Of a stretch of 38,336 nt of DNA, positions 32,231-38,336 are shown one piece after another. A program made the position numbers and the translations under genes. Source of the DNA: an uncultured cyanobacterium (lineage in GTDB: Bacteria > Cyanobacteriota > Cyanobacteriia > Leptolyngbyales > Leptolyngbyaceae); assembly GCA_963766075.1 (NCBI GenBank), contig CAVYAN010000100.1:1-38336 (forward strand). Direction: 5' to 3'. The notes beneath the pieces were generated by a model. It was not told the origin of the DNA. It did not search any database and saw only the letters and a program-made list of their open reading frames with translations. The first letter of the stretch is position 1; each line of letters opens with the position of its first letter.

Positions 32231-32569
32231 TTAGTAGCGACGACCACCACCGCCGCCGCCGCCACTGCGACCGCCGCCACCACCGCCACCGCCCCAACCG
32301 CCACCACCGCCACCGGCGGGACGTTCTTCGCGGGGACGAGCCTTGTTGACCTTGAGATCGCGGCCCATCCATTCAGCGCCATCGAGAGCTTCAATCGCGG
32401 CTGTTTCCTCAGCATCCGAGGACATTTCCACAAAAGCAAACCCCCGAGCCCGTCCGGTTTCCCGGTCGGTAGGAATTTGCACGCGGGTCACGGCACCATA
32501 TTCTGCAAACACTTGACTTAAATCTTCCTGGGTGACGCTGTAGGAAAGATTGCCGACGTAAATTGACAT
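32231..32569 (-). CDS. rbp: RRM RNA-binding protein with Gly-rich tail (cold-inducible class)
   Basis: RNP2 IYVGNL, RNP1 RGFAFVEM, poly-Gly C-terminus ending RRY; followed by rpsU as is common in cyanobacteria. Confidence 0.96.
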   Translation of the reverse strand: MSIYVGNLSYSVTQEDLSQVFAEYGAVTRVQIPTDRETGRARGFAFVEMSSDAEETAAIEALDGAEWMGRDLKVNKARPREERPAGGGGGGWGGGGGGGGRSGGGGGGGRRY

Positions 32570-32579
32570 TGATTGACGA

Positions 32580-32661
32580 CTCCGATCATCGATTGAGTTG
32601 TAGAGAGTCCAAATTCGGAGCGTAATTCTGTAGACCTTGGGAAAACAAAACGAGTACCGAA
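32580..32661 (-). promoter_or_regulatory. Conserved rbp 5'UTR boxes
   Basis: Minus strand order TTCGGTAC (Box III-like), TTTTGTTTTC (Box II), CTCCGAA (Box I), TCGGAG (RBS); Box I is complementary to the RBS. Confidence 0.75.
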
Positions 32662-32744
32662 AAAAAAGCTCTGCCTTACGAGCCTAACGCGGATTCGCAA
32701 TTGTGGTCAAGGAAGTATTGGGGCTGGGTGGGCAAAAGGTTGAT

Positions 32745-33662
32745 TTAGTCGGGGATTGACGCGATTATTTCGTTTTGTAAATGACTTGAGAGGCCCGATT
32801 GGGCCGGGGGAAGGAGGAGTGCTTCGGCGATCGCCCCTCTCAGGGTTTCCGTCGATCCGACATGGTAAAAGTGCTGGCATACATGCATTTCCATCTCCGC
32901 CCAGCAGGCAGCAATATGGGGATTGTCGCGATGCTGGTTGGCCAACCACATGGACAGGGCAAACCCACAGGGAAGGCTGCGAGCCCTATGGGCCAGAGTT
33001 TCTGCCTGGACCTGATTCCAGGCATTGTAGTAGTCGGCGTGGCGACCGATGTAGGGAGGATCCAGATAAACGAAATCCGGCGTCTGGGCTGCGTTGAGTG
33101 TGGCTTGCCAGGGAGTGATGCGAAATTCCCAATCTTTGCCAGTCATTTGGCGAGCCACCCAGTCCACTTGATTGGCGATTTTGGTGATATAGCTGGGGGC
33201 AAAGCGCTGGGGCTTACGGCAGAACGGAACGTTGAAGCCGCCGCTGCGGTTGAAACGCATAAGGCCATTGAAGCAGGCCCGATTGAGGAAGAGGAAGTCC
33301 AAGGGGGTGGGATTAGCGTTGAACCGCGATCGCACCTCGTAGTAGTACGCCTCGCCTTGCTGCCGCAGGCATTCGCCTTCGCAGGTGAGAAATTCTCGGA
33401 CGCGATCGCGGGTCAGATCGCCGCGCTGAATGGCTTGATAAAAATGGATGATGTGGTGATTGGCATCGGTTAACAGGGCCCGCTCCGGACCCAGATTAAA
33501 GGCTACGACCCCCGACCCCAGAAAGGGCTCAATCCATCGGCCCTGGGGCGTTTCTGCCCAGTGGATATGTTGCGCAATAAACGGCACCAATTTAGTTTTG
33601 ATACCCTGGCATTTAATCGGCGGCACATGAATATGGGCGATCTGGGTGGGAAGACGAAGCAT
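32745..33662 (-). CDS. Dam/D12-class N6-adenine DNA methyltransferase, M.EcoRV-like
   Basis: VPPIKCQGIKTKLVP, EPFLGSG, LNRACFNGLMRFN, YLDPPYIGRH, HFYHVG. Confidence 0.92.
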   Translation of the reverse strand: MLRLPTQIAHIHVPPIKCQGIKTKLVPFIAQHIHWAETPQGRWIEPFLGSGVVAFNLGPERALLTDANHHIIHFYQAIQRGDLTRDRVREFLTCEGECLRQQGEAYYYEVRSRFNANPTPLDFLFLNRACFNGLMRFNRSGGFNVPFCRKPQRFAPSYITKIANQVDWVARQMTGKDWEFRITPWQATLNAAQTPDFVYLDPPYIGRHADYYNAWNQVQAETLAHRARSLPCGFALSMWLANQHRDNPHIAACWAEMEMHVCQHFYHVGSTETLRGAIAEALLLPPAQSGLSSHLQNEIIASIPD

Positions 33663-33712
33663 GGGGGCAGGGCAGCGTAGAATCTATAGGCTGCGCTTAG
33701 GGGATAGGCAGA

Positions 33713-34354
33713 ATGGAGAGCAACGAGTTGATGATGGCAATTCCGGTTGATGCCATTAAATACGACGATCGCGGGTTAGTACCGGCGATCGTGCAGGACT
33801 ATTTAGATGGCACAGTGTTGATGATGGCTTGGATGAATCGGGAGTCCTTGCAGAAAACGTTGGAAACCGGAGAAACCTGGTTCTGGAGCCGATCGCGCCA
33901 GGAGCTTTGGCACAAGGGTGGCACTTCGGGCCATACCCAAAAAATTCAGGCACTGCGCTATGACTGCGACAGTGATTGCCTGCTGTTTACGGTGGAGCAG
34001 ATTGGCGATGTGGCCTGTCATACGGGGGAACGCAGTTGTTTCCACCGGGTGGATGGCACCAAAACCGCCCCCTTTGCGGATACACTGTCCCAGGTGTTCG
34101 GGGTCATTTGCGATCGCCGCGATCATCCCTCGGAAGGATCCTATACGCGCAAGCTGTTCGAGGGCGGCGATAACAAAATCCTCAAGAAAATTGGTGAGGA
34201 AAGTGCCGAAGTGGTGATGGCCTGTAAGGACGATGAGGCCGAGGCGATCGCCGGAGAAGTGGCCGATTTATTTTTTCACACGCTGGTGGCTCTAGCCCAT
34301 CACCGTGTCGATCTCAAAGCCGTGTATCGCAAGCTGCAAGAACGCCGACGGTAA
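33713..34354 (+). CDS. hisIE: Bifunctional phosphoribosyl-AMP cyclohydrolase / phosphoribosyl-ATP pyrophosphatase
   Basis: [49 protein letters not shown]. Confidence 0.96.
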   Translation: MESNELMMAIPVDAIKYDDRGLVPAIVQDYLDGTVLMMAWMNRESLQKTLETGETWFWSRSRQELWHKGGTSGHTQKIQALRYDCDSDCLLFTVEQIGDVACHTGERSCFHRVDGTKTAPFADTLSQVFGVICDRRDHPSEGSYTRKLFEGGDNKILKKIGEESAEVVMACKDDEAEAIAGEVADLFFHTLVALAHHRVDLKAVYRKLQERRR

Positions 34355-34399
34355 TCCATTCTTAATTTTCGTTAGTATAGATATATCCTCTCTTGGCGA

Positions 34400-35236
34400 A
34401 TGCTATGGAAGGCGCATGCTATGGAAATTGAGGCCATGTCCACAACCCCAGTCGCCAACCCAGTGACCGATGACTCTTGGGCCGAGGCGGCATGGTTAGA
34501 CGGTTGGGTAGCCCCCCCCACCGATTTGATTTTCGACGACGGAGTCCCCTTGGAAAGTAATCGCCACCGGATTGCGATGAATGCCCTGATTCGCTCAACC
34601 AACCAAGCGTTGGCGGGGCGATCGGATTTCTTTGCCGGCGGCAATATGTTTGTCTACTATGCCCGCGACCAGGCCATGAATCGGCAGTTTCGGGGGCCGG
34701 ACTTCTTCGTCGCCCTCGGGGTGGAGAAGGACCGAGAACGCCAAGGCTGGGTGGTTTGGGAAGAAAATGGCCACTATCCCGATGTAATTGTTGAATTGCT
34801 ATCGCGCACTACCACGGCTGTGGATTTAGGTGTGAAGAAAGACCTATACGAGCAACTGTTCCGAACGCGCAACTACTTTGTCTACAATCCTTTTGACCCG
34901 GCCAGTCTGCAAGGATGGCAGTTGGAGGCAGGAGTATATCAGCCTGCGGTCCGGAATGAGCAGGGCTGGCTCTGGTGTGCCGCCTTGGACCTCTGGTTTG
35001 GACTGTGGAACGGCGTGGTAGACCGGGAACCTCTCAACACCACCTGTCAATGGCTACGGTTTTATGACCGGGAGGGCAATTTAATCCCATTGCCAGAAGA
35101 AGCGGCTCAAGCTCAGGCAGAGCAGGCTCAAGCCCAGGCCGAACAGGCTCAAGCTCAAGCCGAGCAGGCTCAACAAGAACTGGCGGATCTGCTGCATCGT
35201 TTGCGGCAACGAGGCATTGATCCAGACACGCTCTAG
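34400..35236 (+). CDS. Uma2 family endonuclease-fold protein (start uncertain)
   Basis: PLESNRH, GGNMFVYY, GPDFFV, PDVIVELLS, D..VKKDLYE; coiled-coil QAEQA tail; GIDPDTL end. Confidence 0.92.
   Translation: MLWKAHAMEIEAMSTTPVANPVTDDSWAEAAWLDGWVAPPTDLIFDDGVPLESNRHRIAMNALIRSTNQALAGRSDFFAGGNMFVYYARDQAMNRQFRGPDFFVALGVEKDRERQGWVVWEENGHYPDVIVELLSRTTTAVDLGVKKDLYEQLFRTRNYFVYNPFDPASLQGWQLEAGVYQPAVRNEQGWLWCAALDLWFGLWNGVVDREPLNTTCQWLRFYDREGNLIPLPEEAAQAQAEQAQAQAEQAQAQAEQAQQELADLLHRLRQRGIDPDTL
35104..35175 (+). repeat. Coding 21-bp imperfect repeats (AQAQAEQ)
   Basis: About three copies in the Uma2 C-terminus. Confidence 0.85.
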
Positions 35237-35315
35237 GTTTGGGGTCAAGTGGGCGATTGCTCCCTAACAGGAGAACTGGGCACTAGAACTGGGCACTAGA
35301 ACTGAACACAACACA

Positions 35316-36446
35316 TTAGCGCTCGGCACTGCGCGGGTCCAGCGCATCTCGCAAGCCATCCCCCAGGAGGTTGAAGGCCAAGACGGTCAAAATAATCAAC
35401 AGCGCCGGGGACCAGATCAGCCAGGGTTGCAGCACCAGAATCGAGGCATTGGTGGCCAGGGACAGCATGTTGCCCCAGGATGGATCGGGCTGCTGAATAC
35501 CCAAACCAATTAGGCTGAGGACCGATTCCGCAATGATGAAGTCAGGAATAGAGAGAGTGGCGGAAATAATGATGTAGGTGGCAGTTTGGGGCAGGACATG
35601 GCGAATGATGATGTAAAGCGATCGCCCCCCCATGGCGCGTGCTGCCTGGACAAATTCCCGCTCCTTAATCGACAGCACCTGCCCCCGAATCACCCGCGCT
35701 AAGCCCGCCCAGCGAATGAATGAAGTAATGAAAATAATCAGCAGAAACCGTTGGGCACTACTAAGTCCCGGCGGCAACACCGCCGCCAGCGCCACCAGCA
35801 AATAAATCGAAGGAATCGTCATCAGCACTTCCACCAGCCGCATGATGGCCGTGTCCAAGAAGCCGCCAAAGTAGCCAGAAATCCCCCCAATCAGCATGCC
35901 GAGGGGAAAGGAGAGGCCAATGCCAATAATGCCGATGAACATGCTGATGCGGCCACCGTAGACCAGACGGCTAAACTGATCGCGGGCCTGTTCGTCCGTA
36001 CCCAGCAGGTTGTATTTACCTGGTCCATCGGCTCCAAACAGGTGTAAACGGGCGGGGATGCCCGGAAGCAACTCCACATCATCCAGTTTGAAGGGCGACA
36101 GAGAGACAGGTAGGGGCAACTTGAGTTGGAATAGGCGATATTCCGAACCTTGGACCAACAGGTGCACCGGTGAAGGCTTTTTGCGGTTGGTGATCAGCTG
36201 GCGATCGCCCGTTTCTAAGCTCACTGGACCTTGAATCGTCGGATACACATGGGGACCGATGAACTGGCCCGCCTCATTCGTCCAATGCACTTGGGTCGGT
36301 GGCAACAGTGCCCCATCCGGCTGGGACGCGTAGGGATCGTAGGGTGCCACAAATTCCGCCGCAATCACACAGACGTAAAAGACTGCCAGCAGCACCGCAC
36401 CAAACCAGGCCAAGGGATTTTTCTTGAGTCGTTGCCACCAAGTCAT
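35316..36446 (-). CDS. Peptide ABC transporter permease (OppC/DppC-like)
   Basis: LLGTDEQARDQFSRLVYGGRIS, EFVQAARAMG loop, LGIQQPDPSWG, FNLLGDGLRDALDPR. Confidence 0.93.
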   Translation of the reverse strand: MTWWQRLKKNPLAWFGAVLLAVFYVCVIAAEFVAPYDPYASQPDGALLPPTQVHWTNEAGQFIGPHVYPTIQGPVSLETGDRQLITNRKKPSPVHLLVQGSEYRLFQLKLPLPVSLSPFKLDDVELLPGIPARLHLFGADGPGKYNLLGTDEQARDQFSRLVYGGRISMFIGIIGIGLSFPLGMLIGGISGYFGGFLDTAIMRLVEVLMTIPSIYLLVALAAVLPPGLSSAQRFLLIIFITSFIRWAGLARVIRGQVLSIKEREFVQAARAMGGRSLYIIIRHVLPQTATYIIISATLSIPDFIIAESVLSLIGLGIQQPDPSWGNMLSLATNASILVLQPWLIWSPALLIILTVLAFNLLGDGLRDALDPRSAER

Positions 36447-36619
36447 GGGATTTTAGATTTTAGATTGCCAGATTCTAGATTGTAGAGTGCGCGACGCCGT
36501 TCAGGCGGAAATTTCGGGTTTCGGGTTTACCCGGACATGCGGGCGAAAATAACCAGCCATCAATACAACCAGCCATCAATGAACCGCCCCAAGCCATTGG
36601 ATGCTCAGCTTTTTTAATT

Positions 36620-37426
36620 TTAATTTTTGACTTTTAATTCATTCAGCCCCACAGGCTCAACCCAGACAACCATATCCGTCAGTTCCAGTGGCCCAAACTG
36701 AGCGGCAAACGCAACATCGGCAGCATCCCGCCCGTAGGCAATCACAACGCGGTTACCCAAGGGCTGGCTTTGGGTCGCATCAAAGGCATACCAGAGATCG
36801 CCAACATACACCTCAAACCAGGCATGCAAATCCATCGGTTTGAGGTCATGCAAATAGCCCACCACCATCCGCGCCGGAATGGTCAGGCTGCGACAGAGGG
36901 CAATGCCCAAATGGGCGAAATCACGACAGACACCGCTGCGGTTGGCGATGGTATCGAGGGCCGATGTCGAGGCGTCACTGGTTTCATAACGGTAGGCGAT
37001 CGCGGTATGAATCCAGGAGCGAATCGCCTCAACTTGGTCATAGGCCGACAGAATGCCCGCCACAATTTGATTGGCCAAGGCTCCGACCTGATCGGACTGG
37101 CAGTAGCGGCTCGGCAGCAAAAATTGAAGCACCGCATCCGGCAAATCCTGCACAGGCACAAACGCGGACCCCGGATGCACATCGATTTCGTCCGCTGTAT
37201 CCACCACGGCACGAATCTCAGCTTGAAATTGCCCCGCTGGCACCAGCAACACTTGGCGCAGATTGCCATAGGGATCCCTAGATTCCCGCGCCAAAATATT
37301 TGGCTCAAAGCGACAGGTGGTTTGGATGACCTGCTGGATGGCGCTGCTCTGAGGCTTCAACATCAAAATTAACGGCGTGGGGGCACTGGCCTGAAACCCT
37401 AGTTGGCAGCCAACATCTAAGCGCAT
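36620..37426 (-). CDS. Transglutaminase-like family protein (likely start 37426)
   Basis: FLLPSRYCQSD, GVCRDFAHL, HAWFEVY, FDAT catalytic triad, GRDAADV. Confidence 0.9.
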   Translation of the reverse strand: MRLDVGCQLGFQASAPTPLILMLKPQSSAIQQVIQTTCRFEPNILARESRDPYGNLRQVLLVPAGQFQAEIRAVVDTADEIDVHPGSAFVPVQDLPDAVLQFLLPSRYCQSDQVGALANQIVAGILSAYDQVEAIRSWIHTAIAYRYETSDASTSALDTIANRSGVCRDFAHLGIALCRSLTIPARMVVGYLHDLKPMDLHAWFEVYVGDLWYAFDATQSQPLGNRVVIAYGRDAADVAFAAQFGPLELTDMVVWVEPVGLNELKVKN

Positions 37427-37573
37427 AGTCAATATCGCTGGGCGATCGCGAGGAAATCGGAGCAATCGCGAGCCATCACCGGCGCGATCGCCATGAATGA
37501 GCACTGAACGCTACTCTATATTCTACCCAGGACCACTGGGGCGCGGAACCGACCTAGAGGGGTAATTTGGCGG

Positions 37574-38029
37574 CTAGGCCAAGGTGGTCTTCCCCTGCAA
37601 ATAATCCTGCAACTGGCGATCATGATCATGCGTCAATGTGCCTAAGGGCAGTTCCGCCACGGCAAACGCCTGAATCTCCATGACTTCATTCGTGTCTAGG
37701 ACTTTCATCGTGCCATCAACTTCCGCTTCCACAACGACGCAAATGGAGTGCAGCCGCGGATCCCGTTCTGGAGAAGAATATATCCCAACCAAGCGGCGGA
37801 TCTTGACAACCTCCAGGCCCGTTTCCTCCGTCACCTCGCGATGCACAGTCGTCGGAATATCTTCGCCCCAATCCACCATGCCACCGGGCAGTCCCCATTG
37901 ACCATTGTCACGTCGTCGCATGAGCACGATGCGCCCATCCGGCAGAACGGGAATAATGCTCGTTCCGGTCACCGGATGCCGAAACAGAATTCCCAACACC
38001 CCCTGCACAAAATGCCATAACCGATTCAT
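37574..38029 (-). CDS. NUDIX hydrolase
   Basis: Nudix box GGMVDWGEDIPTTVHREVTEETGL; RDPR motif. Confidence 0.92.
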   Translation of the reverse strand: MNRLWHFVQGVLGILFRHPVTGTSIIPVLPDGRIVLMRRRDNGQWGLPGGMVDWGEDIPTTVHREVTEETGLEVVKIRRLVGIYSSPERDPRLHSICVVVEAEVDGTMKVLDTNEVMEIQAFAVAELPLGTLTHDHDRQLQDYLQGKTTLA

Positions 38030-38139
38030 AGGCTCAAAACCGCCACAGCGATCGCATCAGTTGACTTTTTTCCATGGACTCTTTGCTGTCATTCGTCCTC
38101 TGTTCTGTCATTCGCTCACAATCCTACCGCTTCCGGAAT

Positions 38140-38336
38140 TTAGCCAAAATCCATCAAAATATCCTGGGCGTGATTGTCCGGCTTCACTTTCTTATAAATC
38201 TTCTCGATCCGACCGTCAGGAGCAATCACAAAAGTGTTGCGGCTGATGCCCATATACTCTTTGCCCATAAACTTCTTCAAGCCATAACTGTCGTACTGGG
38301 TAGACACCGCCCCATCCGCATCCACCAGCAATACAT
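38140..38336 (-). CDS. bcp: Peroxiredoxin Q / BCP, 3' part only
   Basis: YGLKKFMGKEYMGISRNTFVIAPDGRIEKIYKKVKPDNHA. Confidence 0.88.
   Translation of the reverse strand, partial: VLLVDADGAVSTQYDSYGLKKFMGKEYMGISRNTFVIAPDGRIEKIYKKVKPDNHAQDILMDFG

Noticed and set aside
32745..35236. Uma2 protein as cognate nuclease of the methyltransferase
   Set aside because: Separated by hisIE, opposite strand, and Uma2 genes are typically abundant scattered paralogs in cyanobacteria
37427..37504. N-terminal extension of the transglutaminase and local HIP1 pair
   Set aside because: Likely start is 37426; HIP1 is common throughout, so two sites are unremarkable

Overview
Cyanobacterial chromosomal window; the HIP1 octamer GCGATCGC recurs through the protein-coding part. 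It opens with the 5' part of an rrn operon on the minus strand (promoter, 16S, tRNA-Ile, tRNA-Ala, start of 23S). Mostly housekeeping genes follow: 2OG-Fe oxygenase, cimA, ferredoxin, thiO, thiG, cbiB/cobD, Rrf2 regulator, M20 amidohydrolase, GAF-GAF-GGDEF-EAL protein, trmFO, sir, rsmE, lipase, ureidoglycolate lyase, typA, rpsU, rbp, hisIE, Uma2, peptide ABC permease, transglutaminase-like protein, NUDIX and a partial bcp. Two small genes missing from the ORF track are psb34 and an SmtA metallothionein with an SmtB-type operator. One complete ISKra4-type element has terminal inverted repeats, a 9-bp target duplication and a -1 slippery site. Most notable: sulfite reductase with a C-terminal ribbon-helix-helix-like domain and a palindromic operator-like site in its promoter; an orphan M.EcoRV-like methyltransferase; an orphan Trypco1-like gene overlapping the Rrf2 gene; two probable phycobilisome linkers (ApcG/ApcI-like) sharing motifs; three +1 frameshifts in two TPR genes; and many short tandem duplications in intergenic DNA. 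No clear multi-gene novel system or CRISPR array was seen. Family assignments are from recalled sequence motifs, not database searches.
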